Source: an uncultured Candidatus Peribacteria bacterium
GTDB lineage: Bacteria > Patescibacteriota > Gracilibacteria > Peribacterales > Peribacteraceae
Direction of reading: 5' to 3'
Assembly: GCA_964358505.1 (NCBI GenBank)
Contig: CAYHOS010000001.1
Span: 22,947 to 86,946, forward strand
DNA length: 64,000 nucleotides
Below are positions 9,210 through 18,321 of this stretch, in pieces. The position numbers and the translations under genes are program-made. Within the stretch, counting starts at the first letter, position 1; each line of letters begins with the position of its first letter. The notes beneath the pieces were generated by a model that searched no databases, had not been told where the DNA came from, and saw nothing but the letters and a program-made list of their open reading frames with translations.

Positions 9210-9215
9210 ATTGTA
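9210..9215 (-). promoter_or_regulatory. extended -10-like TGGTACAAT, 9 nt upstream of ATG 9200
   Basis: Recurrent pattern. Heads the 9200->5332 operon. Confidence 0.5.
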
Positions 9216-9314
9216 CCAGAGGCCCGGCGGTCGCAGGCCGCCATTCCTCCCATTCTTTCGCGTTCGCCCCCCCATCCCCTCCCTGTGCCCCGGGGCTGTT
9301 GCGGTTTGCATAAC

Positions 9315-10286
9315 ATGATGTGGGATGTTACCGTCATATCAACAATCTTTTCCCCTTTCTTGGCCATGAGAAGCAAATCAGTCGCCTCCGTGACACGGAA
9401 AATTTACTTCAAGCAGCACTTGAATTTCGCGAAAGACCCCGTGCTGCTGCACAGGTGCGTGAAGATGTTTTCCGATCCGACATATTTCAGCCTCACGAAG
9501 AAGGATTTCGAAGGGATACATATCCTCGACGCGGGTTCGGGGAACTCGGGATTCCTGGAAATCGCCATGATAGGCCTGGGCGCGGGTCACGTCACCTGCC
9601 TCGACATCGGCAAACAATGGATCCCCGCACTGCGCACGCTGCTCAAGAAGTACGCACCGCCGGAGAAGTTTGATTTCGTGGATGCAAGTACGGACAAGAT
9701 CCCATTTCCGGACAATCACTTCGATATGGTTTTTTCACAGGGCGTTCTCATGCACCTGAACAACATGGAACAGACCAAGCGCGCCTGGAAAGAGCTGGCC
9801 CGCGTAACGAAGAGGGGAGGGTATCTGTACGTCTCCCTCGGCAATCCGTCGGGCTTGCTGGAAGACGCAGTCATCCCCGCTGTCCGGAAGTACTACAACA
9901 CCAACAAGGAATTCAAGCACTTCATTGATACACAAAATCCGGACATGTGGAAAGGCTTCCTCAAGTCGCTCTCGGAGAGCATGCAGAAGCGCACGGGGGA
10001 ACATTTCGCGTACGAAAATATCGCCCCCCTGCTCGATTGGGATTTCTGCACCATGCTCCAGAATACGATACAGTGCCCCCATCGATACATCACGCAAACG
10101 GACCAGGACCATGTGCTCGCCATGTACAAACAGAACAAGTTCAAGCCTCCGCGGCGATGCAGGAGGTTCGTCGTGAGACACAATATCAGGAAGTTCTTCG
10201 CGCCTCTGCACTTTGGCGATGTCCCATACCTGTCCAAACTCGTGTACGGGCCGGGCTGCCTGGAATACATCGCACAGAAACGCTGA
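9315..10286 (+). CDS. class I SAM-dependent methyltransferase (low-GC gene)
   Basis: Motif I 'ILDAGSGNSGF' and 'FDMVFSQGVLMHL'. Visibly A/T-richer codon usage than its neighbours. Start is 9315, 9318 or 9366. Confidence 0.7.
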   Translation: MMWDVTVISTIFSPFLAMRSKSVASVTRKIYFKQHLNFAKDPVLLHRCVKMFSDPTYFSLTKKDFEGIHILDAGSGNSGFLEIAMIGLGAGHVTCLDIGKQWIPALRTLLKKYAPPEKFDFVDASTDKIPFPDNHFDMVFSQGVLMHLNNMEQTKRAWKELARVTKRGGYLYVSLGNPSGLLEDAVIPAVRKYYNTNKEFKHFIDTQNPDMWKGFLKSLSESMQKRTGEHFAYENIAPLLDWDFCTMLQNTIQCPHRYITQTDQDHVLAMYKQNKFKPPRRCRRFVVRHNIRKFFAPLHFGDVPYLSKLVYGPGCLEYIAQKR

Positions 10287-10305
10287 CCGGCCGCCAACGC
10301 AAGCG

Positions 10306-11826
10306 TTACGATATCTCCTTCCACGACGGGGCGGAAGCGACCCCTGTGATCTCATCCTGCAACGCAGCCAGTTCTTTCCCTATCGCGTTTTTCAGCGCCT
10401 TCACGTGCTCTTCCTCTGATTTGCCGGTGACAAGAAGGAACCATCGGTCCACGACACCCATCATGCACGTCTCCTCCATCGCCTTGAGGTAGAGATGCGT
10501 GCTCCAGGGCGTCGGCGCCTCCCTGCGCTCGAATACGGCGCGCACGGCCTCTGCGCAGTCCCGCGCCGTTCGGATGGGGAAGACCCCGCGGGCGTACTGG
10601 TAGAACCATGAGCCGAAGAGGAAGACCTGCTTCCCTCGGAAGAGCGCCTCGAAGCCGGCGGATCCCGTGATCGTCGCCACAGCCGTACAGCGCTCGCGAA
10701 GTATGAACGTATCCACATCTTTGGGAATGAGCCTCACCTTCTCCAGTTCCAGAAAATCCCTGTAGTACTCCGTGTTGCGGGAAAGCCATCCGCCCCGGCG
10801 CGGGTGCTCCTTGACGTAGAGAAGGACGCCATCGGGGAGCGTCGCATTGAGGAGGCGCGCCGCCAAAATCTGGTCCGCGTACACGCCCCCCAGGGGGACG
10901 GTGCTCAATTCGGGTTGGGAGTGCAGCGGGAAGTATACGAAGGGCTTCGTGAGGTCCGGGACCGATGCATGGGCATTATAGAAATGCTCCGTGCGGCGGA
11001 CGGCGCGCCATCGCTGCAGCGCTTCCCAAGCACGCGCCCACCCGGCGGGCGTGAACAGGATGCGCAGCGCAGGCAGGAAGAGGGCGAAGGGACGGTACAG
11101 GGCCAGCGTGCGCAGATGATACCCATGGGTAGGGAGGGGGATGGACATGAGCACCGGGGGCTTCCCCGCGACGGAGAGGAGATCCCGCTCGTAAGAGGCG
11201 AACGGCTCCCGCAGGGGGACGCTTTCCGGAGCGCCTGTGGGACGCTCGGCCAGGAGGACGCGGTACCGTTCGCCGATCTGCGGGGTGACATGCCGCACAT
11301 CCCTGCTTGCGCAAGCGACATCGCGCAGGGTGGTGATGTCAAAGAACAGGACGGGGATCCCGCGCTGCCTGCAGAGGTAATAGATGACGATGTCCGGGAT
11401 CTCATGCGGGGTCCAGGCGGAGAGGTACAAGTTGATCCTCCGGCGCGTGAGGTAATCGTTCCAGAACTGCAAGTGCCGCAGGTACCAGAGTTTGCGCGTG
11501 AGGTACGGGACAGCATGCTTGTCCTCCAGCCGCGTGACGACGGCCATGAACACCGCTTCACACTCCCTCATCTGCAGGATCAATTCCTCATCGAGGGGGG
11601 CGATGCCGTTCCAGTCCACGCCCGCGTAATGGGCTTTGCGGATTTCGCTGCTCGCGAAGAACTCCTGTTGCGCCGCGGGGATCCCCGCGAACGGCGGGAG
11701 TTCCCCCGTCGAGATATCCGCGCAGAACGCGAACGGATGCGCTTGCATCACCCCCTCGAGCGCCCGCCGCGTGAAGGCAAGCCCGAACCGCCCGACGATG
11801 GCACGGATGGGGATAGGAGGGGTCAC
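10306..11826 (-). CDS. KpsS/Capsule_synth-like glycosyltransferase (candidate NulO transferase), paralogue A
   Basis: 'FPLHSQPELST', 'LYVKEHP' and 'AVATITGSAGFEAL' match the KpsS layout. GTG 11826 chosen because TATACT lies 7 nt upstream and the N-terminal length then matches the paralogue. Confidence 0.6.
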   Translation of the reverse strand: MTPPIPIRAIVGRFGLAFTRRALEGVMQAHPFAFCADISTGELPPFAGIPAAQQEFFASSEIRKAHYAGVDWNGIAPLDEELILQMRECEAVFMAVVTRLEDKHAVPYLTRKLWYLRHLQFWNDYLTRRRINLYLSAWTPHEIPDIVIYYLCRQRGIPVLFFDITTLRDVACASRDVRHVTPQIGERYRVLLAERPTGAPESVPLREPFASYERDLLSVAGKPPVLMSIPLPTHGYHLRTLALYRPFALFLPALRILFTPAGWARAWEALQRWRAVRRTEHFYNAHASVPDLTKPFVYFPLHSQPELSTVPLGGVYADQILAARLLNATLPDGVLLYVKEHPRRGGWLSRNTEYYRDFLELEKVRLIPKDVDTFILRERCTAVATITGSAGFEALFRGKQVFLFGSWFYQYARGVFPIRTARDCAEAVRAVFERREAPTPWSTHLYLKAMEETCMMGVVDRWFLLVTGKSEEEHVKALKNAIGKELAALQDEITGVASAPSWKEIS

Positions 11827-11833
11827 GAGGGTG

Positions 11834-11839
11834 AGTATA
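11834..11839 (-). promoter_or_regulatory. -10-like TATACT, 7 nt upstream of GTG 11826
   Basis: Part of the recurrent TANNNT-N6-10-start pattern. Confidence 0.45.
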
Positions 11840-11914
11840 CCAAACGTCTGCGGAACAAGGCCGGAGTTTTCCCGCAGGCCACTGCAGCATCCTTGAACTG
11901 GGGGGACCAATGTG

Positions 11915-11920
11915 TATCAT
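11915..11920 (+). promoter_or_regulatory. extended -10-like TGTGTATCAT, 6 nt upstream of ATG 11927
   Basis: Recurrent TANNNT-N6-10-start pattern. Confidence 0.5.
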
Positions 11921-11926
11921 CACGCC

Positions 11927-13411
11927 ATGCGGAAGCCCAATGTGATCATCAAGGCGTTCGACGGGGACTCGACGGACGCCGTGACTCTGGAGAGGGCGTT
12001 TAGGGACATCCCGCTGGGCACCTGCATCACCATCGGGGAGGCCGTCCCGTGGGAGACGAGGATCGCCGCGGAGAAGCGCATCGAGATGCGGGCGGAGCGC
12101 GTGCGGATCTGCGAGTACCCCGGTGTGGACTGGAACGCGATATTGCCGCTCGACGAGGGGATCATCGAGGACATGCGGCATGCGGAGGCGGTGGTGATGC
12201 AGATGGTCGAGCGCTATGCGCGGTACATGGAGCGATACAGGATTGCGGGGGATATTCCGTACCATGAGCGCCGGCGGCAGTACTTCGCGCACCTGCGGTA
12301 CTGGAACCACGTGCTGGAGACGGAACGCATCGACCTCTTCCTCATGAACCACATGCCGCACCAGTGCTACGATTACGTCCTGTACTATCTCTGCAAGCGC
12401 AAGAACATTCCCGTTCTCTACATGAACCGTTTCTTCGCCATGGATGGGATGTACATTTCGGAGAATTGGGAACACCCCGCCCCTGACCTGCAGGCCGCAT
12501 TCCGGAGGATACGCGAGGAGTACGCGGATCCGCAGCGGCCGATCCCTCTCTCCAAGAATTACGAATACTACTTCTCATTCTACAGAAAGAAGACACCCGA
12601 GAAGCCGTGGTACATGGAGGAGAACATCTACACGAGGCCGAACTTCGTGCGGAAGTGGTGGCGCAAAGGCCTCAAGGTGCTTCGCAGGGAACCGCTGCGC
12701 TTCACTGCCTCCATGCTTTCCCCGGCCTTCTGGTCGCGGAAACTGGGTCAGCACCGGGCGATCGCATTCTACAAACAGCACACGCAGCAGCCCGATCTCT
12801 CCCAACCGTACGTGTACGTCCCCCTCCATCTGCAGCCGGAGGCTACCACCATCCCCCTCGCAGGGGCGTTCGTGGACCAGGAACGCGTCGTACAGCTCCT
12901 GGCCGCCCATCTCCCTCCCGGGATCCGCCTCTACGTAAAGGAGCACCCGGCGCAAGGGGAGGAATGGCGCAGCGAGGATTTCTACAAGACGCTCCTCAGC
13001 ATCCCCTCCGTCACGCTCATCCCCAAGGAAGCGGACACGTATGCGCTCCTCGACCATTGCATCGCCGTGGCTTCCTGCGCGGGCACCGTGCTCTTCGAGG
13101 CGAGCATCCGCCAGAAGCCTTCCTTCATGTTCGGCCACGACATCTGGCAGTACGGGCCGGGCGTGCACTGCATACGCACGTCCCAGGATTGCCGCGCGGC
13201 TGTGGAGGATATCCTGAACAACAGGGCATCGCACTCCGTGCGGGACGTGCGCCTCTACCTCAAAGCCTTCGACGAAAGCGCCACCCCTTTTCCCGGTCCG
13301 ACAGAAAGCCCCGTGGACAATGCCACGGATGAGGAGAAGGCGGTGAACGTGGGGGCGCTCCTCGAGCGGCATATCCGGAGGGTTTTGAATCTTCCGGCGC
13401 CGCAGTCCTGA
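11927..13411 (+). CDS. KpsS/Capsule_synth-like glycosyltransferase, paralogue B
   Basis: 'VPLHLQPEATT', 'LYVKEHP' and 'AVASCAGTVLFEA'. Alignable along its length to 10306..11826. TGTGTATCAT extended -10 lies 6 nt upstream of the ATG. Confidence 0.6.
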   Translation: MRKPNVIIKAFDGDSTDAVTLERAFRDIPLGTCITIGEAVPWETRIAAEKRIEMRAERVRICEYPGVDWNAILPLDEGIIEDMRHAEAVVMQMVERYARYMERYRIAGDIPYHERRRQYFAHLRYWNHVLETERIDLFLMNHMPHQCYDYVLYYLCKRKNIPVLYMNRFFAMDGMYISENWEHPAPDLQAAFRRIREEYADPQRPIPLSKNYEYYFSFYRKKTPEKPWYMEENIYTRPNFVRKWWRKGLKVLRREPLRFTASMLSPAFWSRKLGQHRAIAFYKQHTQQPDLSQPYVYVPLHLQPEATTIPLAGAFVDQERVVQLLAAHLPPGIRLYVKEHPAQGEEWRSEDFYKTLLSIPSVTLIPKEADTYALLDHCIAVASCAGTVLFEASIRQKPSFMFGHDIWQYGPGVHCIRTSQDCRAAVEDILNNRASHSVRDVRLYLKAFDESATPFPGPTESPVDNATDEEKAVNVGALLERHIRRVLNLPAPQS

Positions 13412-13424
13412 TCGCGCGGACCCA

Positions 13425-14735
13425 TTACGTCAGCCGCTTGAAGCCCGATTGTGCAACGGGGCCTTTGAGCTTCTCCGGGAGGGAACCGTCCTGGAGCGCG
13501 CGGGCGATGGCATCAAAAGCTTCTCCCGATGCGCCGAGGTACCCCGCCACATGTTCTTCCGTATGGGCGAACGTGGCGTAGAACTTGTCCGGGGCCAGGT
13601 ACCCTCGCTCCAGCATCAGCTGCGTGAAGAGCGTCTTGGGGGCTCCCCCCAGCGCCGAGTGGATGTGAAAGTGGGCGAGCGGCTCGATGCCCGTCACGTC
13701 CACCTTCAGGCTCGCTGCGTCCGCCGACCGCTTCCACCCTTCTTGGACCAGTCGCCCGATGCGCATCAGATGCTCATGAACCCGTGCGCGCCCGAACTTC
13801 CGGATGGTCGCCACCGCGGCCGCGGGTCCGATGCGTTCCGTCCAGTTGGTGGAACTGATGAAGGTGCTCTGCGCCGCTTCCATCACCGGGCGCCGCCCGA
13901 TGACGGCGGCGATGGGATAACCGTTGCCAAGCGCCTTGGCGAACACGGCGATGTCAGGCTCCACCCCCAGCGCCAGGTGCGCGCCGCCATGGGTGATGCG
14001 GAAACCGGACGTGACCTCGTCGAATACCAGCACGGCGCCGATGGCCGTCGCAATCTCCCGCACACGTTGAAGGAACCCGTTCTCGGGCCCGGAATCGCGC
14101 AGCGGCTCCATGACGATGGCGCCGATCTCCTTGCCATGCCCGGCGACGATGCGCTCCAGTTCCTCGATCTTGTTGTACCGGAAGGGGAGCATGGTCCCCT
14201 TGAGTCCCCGCGGCACGCCCTTCGGCTCCAGACCCGGGAGCAAGTGCCCGTCGAGCGCGCCGTCATCGGCAAGGTTCGCCGCCAGGTACCAGTCGTGCCA
14301 GCCGTGGTACCCGCAGAACGCCACTTTCTCCCGCCCCGCATACGCCCGCGCAATGCGGACGGCCATCGCCATGGCCTCCCCGCCGCCGCGCGCGAACCGC
14401 GCCATGGAAGACCAGGGATGGAGGCCGGTGAGGAGTTCCGCAAGTTCCACCTCTTCGGGACAATTCAGGGTAGAGGCCGTGCCGGCATCGATAGCCGCGC
14501 GGACAGCGGCATCCACGTCGGGGTCGGCGGCACCCAGCACGCAGGCGCCGATGGCGTTGTACCCCATGTCCACGTACCGGTTACCGTCCAGGTCCCACAC
14601 CTCCGCCCCGCGGACACGGCTGTAGTATGCGGGCCATTGGTCGGGCAGGTGGAGTTCCGGCCTCTTCGAGAGGAGCTGCGTCCCCCCGGGAATGAGGGTT
14701 TTTGCCTTGCGGTAAAGATCTTGGCCTTTCCCCAT
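13425..14735 (-). CDS. class III aminotransferase (glutamate-1-semialdehyde 2,1-aminomutase-like)
   Basis: 436-aa ORF with 'LIPGGTQLLSKR' and 'FDEVTSGFR', the HemL-family layout. TACAAT box 9 nt upstream. Confidence 0.75.
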   Translation of the reverse strand: MGKGQDLYRKAKTLIPGGTQLLSKRPELHLPDQWPAYYSRVRGAEVWDLDGNRYVDMGYNAIGACVLGAADPDVDAAVRAAIDAGTASTLNCPEEVELAELLTGLHPWSSMARFARGGGEAMAMAVRIARAYAGREKVAFCGYHGWHDWYLAANLADDGALDGHLLPGLEPKGVPRGLKGTMLPFRYNKIEELERIVAGHGKEIGAIVMEPLRDSGPENGFLQRVREIATAIGAVLVFDEVTSGFRITHGGAHLALGVEPDIAVFAKALGNGYPIAAVIGRRPVMEAAQSTFISSTNWTERIGPAAAVATIRKFGRARVHEHLMRIGRLVQEGWKRSADAASLKVDVTGIEPLAHFHIHSALGGAPKTLFTQLMLERGYLAPDKFYATFAHTEEHVAGYLGASGEAFDAIARALQDGSLPEKLKGPVAQSGFKRLT

Positions 14736-14744
14736 ACGGACGGG

Positions 14745-14750
14745 ATTGTA
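14745..14750 (-). promoter_or_regulatory. -10-like TACAAT, 9 nt upstream of ATG 14735
   Basis: Recurrent pattern. Confidence 0.45.
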
Positions 14751-14817
14751 CCGTCGTCACGGAGTGCCGCAAGACGCGCAGTTTGAACAATGAGTGGAAA
14801 TGGAGGGGATATGGCTC

Positions 14818-14823
14818 TAGGAT
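14818..14823 (+). promoter_or_regulatory. -10-like TAGGAT, 9 nt upstream of pseB ATG 14833
   Basis: Recurrent pattern. Confidence 0.4.
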
Positions 14824-14832
14824 GTCTCTGTC

Positions 14833-15804
14833 ATGGATGCGTTGAATGACGCTTCAATCCTCATCACCGGCGGCACGGGTTCATTTGGACGGAAGTTCTG
14901 CCAGACTCTCCTGCACGACTACCGCCCTAAAAAGCTCATCGTCTTCAGCAGGGATGAGCTGAAGCAGCACACTATGCGTCATGAGGGGTTCGACGTCGAG
15001 CCGATGCGCTACTTCATCGGGGATGTCCGCGACCGCGATCGCCTGCGACGCGCGATGTCGGGTGTCGACTACGTGATCCATACCGCCGCGCTCAAGCATG
15101 TCTCCTCGTGCGAGTACAACCCGCTGGAGGCGGTGGAGACGAACATCGGCGGTGCGCGCAACGTCATCGAAGCGGCGCTCGACGCCCACGTGAAGAAGGT
15201 CATTGCCCTCAGCACGGACAAGGCGGTAAACCCAGTCAACCTCTACGGCGCCACCAAGCTCGTCTCCGAGAAGGTCTTCTCCCAGGGCAACGCCTACAGC
15301 GGCATGGGAAACACCCGGTTCTCCTGCGTCCGGTACGGGAACGTCGTGGGGAGCAGCGGGAGCGTGGTACCCATCTTCGTCCGGCAACGCGCACAGGGCG
15401 CAATCACCATCACGGACGAGCGGATGACGCGCTTCTGGATTTCCCTGGAAGAGGCGGTCCGCTTCGTCATCCGGTGCCTGGACACCATGCGGGGAGGGGA
15501 AGTCTTCGTTCCCAAGATCCCCAGCATGCAGGTCGTAGACCTCGCGGACGCCCTCGCGCCGGGATGCACAAAGACCTTCACGGGGATCCGGCCGGGCGAG
15601 AAGCTGCACGAAACCCTCCTCTCCGCCGACGAGGCACGGCATGCGGTGGAGCGGGAGGATATGTTCGTCATCGAACCGGAGGAGCCCTCCTGGGATTACC
15701 ACAAGTGGGAAGGGCCGCCCCCTGCGGAGGGATTCCTGTACGCGAGCAATACGAACACCGTGTGGCTCACGGCAGAAGACTTGAAGGCCAAGATCGGCGC
15801 ATGA
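14833..15804 (+). CDS. pseB: UDP-N-acetylglucosamine 4,6-dehydratase (inverting)
   Basis: Near full-length resemblance to H. pylori FlaA1/PseB: 'ILITGGTGSFG', 'FSRDELKQ', 'YGATKL', 'RYGNVVGSSGSVVP'. Confidence 0.9.
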   Translation: MDALNDASILITGGTGSFGRKFCQTLLHDYRPKKLIVFSRDELKQHTMRHEGFDVEPMRYFIGDVRDRDRLRRAMSGVDYVIHTAALKHVSSCEYNPLEAVETNIGGARNVIEAALDAHVKKVIALSTDKAVNPVNLYGATKLVSEKVFSQGNAYSGMGNTRFSCVRYGNVVGSSGSVVPIFVRQRAQGAITITDERMTRFWISLEEAVRFVIRCLDTMRGGEVFVPKIPSMQVVDLADALAPGCTKTFTGIRPGEKLHETLLSADEARHAVEREDMFVIEPEEPSWDYHKWEGPPPAEGFLYASNTNTVWLTAEDLKAKIGA

Positions 15805-15844
15805 ACCGGTTGCCTGGGGAATCTTCTTCGGGCACAGTGCAGCC

Positions 15845-16399
15845 ATGAGAACCGCACCGGGATTCTCGCTCTTTGGGAAGCGCATCATCCTGCGCCCGCT
15901 CACGGATGACGATGCCACTGAGGCGTATGCGGGATGGCTCAATGATCCCGAGGTCAACCGGTACCTCGAAACGCGCAGCGCCGGCAGGGATGATGTCCGC
16001 CGTTTCATCCGCGAGAAGAACGAGAGGGAGGATGCGCTCCTCCTGGGAGTATTCTGGAACGAACCCTCTGCGCACATCGGCACGATCAAGCTTGAACCCA
16101 TTGACCGGCAAGGGAGAACGGCCGTGATCGGCCTTCTCATTGGCGATAAGGCCTACTGGGGAAAAGGCGCCGGGACGGAGGCTACGAACCTGCTGACGGA
16201 GTACGCATTCGGGGAATGGGGCCTGCAGGACATCACGCTCGGCGTGATTGCCCAGAACGCTCCCGCGATCCGCGTCTATGAGAAATGCGGATTCACCGTT
16301 GACCGCGTCGAGAAGGATGCTGTAAACCATGACGGAACTCTGTTCGACCGGATCGTCATGCACAAACGTTCCCCCGCCCCCCTCCTCTCCCCCGCATGA
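15845..16399 (+). CDS. GNAT N-acetyltransferase (RimJ/RimL-like)
   Basis: 184-aa ORF with acetyl-CoA-binding region 'YWGKGAGTEA' and 'NAPAIRVYEKCGF'. Confidence 0.75.
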   Translation: MRTAPGFSLFGKRIILRPLTDDDATEAYAGWLNDPEVNRYLETRSAGRDDVRRFIREKNEREDALLLGVFWNEPSAHIGTIKLEPIDRQGRTAVIGLLIGDKAYWGKGAGTEATNLLTEYAFGEWGLQDITLGVIAQNAPAIRVYEKCGFTVDRVEKDAVNHDGTLFDRIVMHKRSPAPLLSPA

Positions 16400-17616
16400 T
16401 GACCCCATCATCCTCTCCCGCACCGGACGCCAGCCGCGTGGTTTCGGACCCCCTTCTGCTCAAACGATGCACGCGGTGTGTGATGCCCGAGACGCAGGAG
16501 GTGATCTCCTTCGATGCGAACGGCGTGTGCGCGACCTGCCGCAACGTGGAGTTCAAGCAGAAGAATGTTGACTGGGAGAAGAAGCGGAAGGCGTTCGCTG
16601 ACCTCCTGGACCGGTACCGCGGGAAAGGCGACTACGACTGCATCGTCCCCTTTAGCGGGGGAAAGGATTCCACCTTCACCGCGTACTCCCTGGTGCGAGA
16701 CTGGAACCTGAAGCCGCTCGTGGTGAGCTTCGACCACCATCTCATGCGTCCCCGCGTACTGGCCAACAGGGAACGGGCGCTCCGCCGCCTGGGAGTGGAT
16801 TTCCTCGGTTACCGCCCGGACTGGTCATTGGTGAAGAAACTGATGCGGATCGCGCTCGAGCGGAAGGGTGACATCCTGTGGTACCAGCACACCGGCATCT
16901 TCTCCTACCCCATGCAAATCGCGGTGAAGTACAAGGTGCCTCTCGTCATCTGGGGTGAACCGTCCTCGGAGTACGCCAGCTACTACGACTACGAGCAGGA
17001 AGAGGAGGTGGACGAGCGGCGGTTCAATATGTTCGTGAACCTTGGGATAACGGCGCAGGACATGCTCGGCATGCTCAATGAGCCGACGTCACCGGTGCGT
17101 GGCAATGTCCCCATCACCCTGCGGGACATGCAACCGTATACCTTTCCGTCCCGCAAGGATCTGGCCGCCATCGACTGCCGTTCCGTTTGCCTCGGGAGCT
17201 TCGTGCCGTGGGACGTGAAGAGCCATGTGAAGATCATCCAGCGGGAACTGGGATGGGAAGGGGATCCGGTAGAAGGTGTTCCTCCTTCCTATAACTACGA
17301 GAAGATTGAGGACATGATGCAGGGGGTGCAGGACTACCTGAAGTTCATCAAGCGGGGCTACGGGCGCATGAGCCACCTCGCGTCCATCGACATACGGAAC
17401 GGCCGGATGACCCGTACCGAAGCCATGGAGTTGATCCAGGAGTGGGAAGGGTTGCGGCCCGCAAGCCTGGATGTCCTGCTGGGATGGCTCAAGATATCCG
17501 AGGAGCAGTTCTACGCCATCGCCGATCGCCTGCGGGTGGCGCCCTGGAAGCACGACCCGCGACTCAGCCGTCCGGGTCCGCCACTGCCGGACCAGAAGTT
17601 CTGGATCACGGACTGA
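16396..17616 (+). CDS. N-acetyl sugar amidotransferase (PseA/WbuX family), copy 2
   Basis: 'CTRCVM...GVCATC' zinc ribbon plus PP-loop 'SGGKDST'. ATGA overlap with the GNAT stop. Confidence 0.85.
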   Translation: MMTPSSSPAPDASRVVSDPLLLKRCTRCVMPETQEVISFDANGVCATCRNVEFKQKNVDWEKKRKAFADLLDRYRGKGDYDCIVPFSGGKDSTFTAYSLVRDWNLKPLVVSFDHHLMRPRVLANRERALRRLGVDFLGYRPDWSLVKKLMRIALERKGDILWYQHTGIFSYPMQIAVKYKVPLVIWGEPSSEYASYYDYEQEEEVDERRFNMFVNLGITAQDMLGMLNEPTSPVRGNVPITLRDMQPYTFPSRKDLAAIDCRSVCLGSFVPWDVKSHVKIIQRELGWEGDPVEGVPPSYNYEKIEDMMQGVQDYLKFIKRGYGRMSHLASIDIRNGRMTRTEAMELIQEWEGLRPASLDVLLGWLKISEEQFYAIADRLRVAPWKHDPRLSRPGPPLPDQKFWITD

Positions 17617-17676
17617 CCCCCCGCGCAGAGAGGAAATGTGGGGAGGAAGAAGGAGAAAGATGGTATCGTCTCCCCG

Positions 17677-18321
17677 ATGATTGCCGTCATCGACTACGGC
17701 ATGGGAAATTTACGCTCCATCGCAAAGGCGCTGGAGCATGTGGGTGCGGAAGTAACCGTCACCCGGGATCCGGCGGTCATCCGATCCGCAGAGCGTCTCG
17801 TGCTGCCCGGCGTGGGGGCATTCGGGAACGGCATGGGGAACCTGCGCTCCTTTGAGCTCCTTCCTGTACTGGAAGAGGAGGTACTGGGGAAGAAGAAGCC
17901 GTTCTGGGGCATCTGCCTCGGGATGCAGCTCCTCGCACGGAGCAGTGAGGAATTCGGAGAGCATCAGGGATTGGGGTGGATTCCCGCCATCGTGAAGAGG
18001 TTCTCATTCCCCGCAGGTTCCCCCCTCAAAATCCCCCACGTAGGATGGAACACCGTCACGTTCGCGCGTGAACACCCGGTGACCGCGGGAAGGGAGAAAG
18101 CGGACTTCTACTTCGTCCACAGTTACTACGTGGCACCGGACGGGGACGGCCTGACGGCGGGGACGTGTGAATACGGGACTCGGTTTGCGGCATGTGTCAC
18201 ACGGGACAACATCTTCGCTACGCAGTTCCATCCCGAGAAGAGCCAGCAGGACGGCCTGCGTCTGCTCCGACAGTTCTGCCATTGGCAACCTGAATCGGCC
18301 CCCTCACCCCCGCATGCTTAA
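17677..18321 (+). CDS. HisH-like glutamine amidotransferase subunit, copy 2
   Basis: 'IAVIDYGMGNLRS', 'GICLGMQLL' and 'QFHPEKS'. Alternative GTG start at 17638. Confidence 0.85.
   Translation: MIAVIDYGMGNLRSIAKALEHVGAEVTVTRDPAVIRSAERLVLPGVGAFGNGMGNLRSFELLPVLEEEVLGKKKPFWGICLGMQLLARSSEEFGEHQGLGWIPAIVKRFSFPAGSPLKIPHVGWNTVTFAREHPVTAGREKADFYFVHSYYVAPDGDGLTAGTCEYGTRFAACVTRDNIFATQFHPEKSQQDGLRLLRQFCHWQPESAPSPPHA

Noticed and set aside
8703-9314. 5' extension of ORF 8703..10286
   Set aside because: It is antisense to the NeuA-type gene. The methyltransferase homology and the compositional shift both begin only at about 9315.
14881-16140. 419-aa minus-strand ORF across pseB and the GNAT gene
   Set aside because: It is antisense to two genes with strong family signatures, and it has low-complexity composition.
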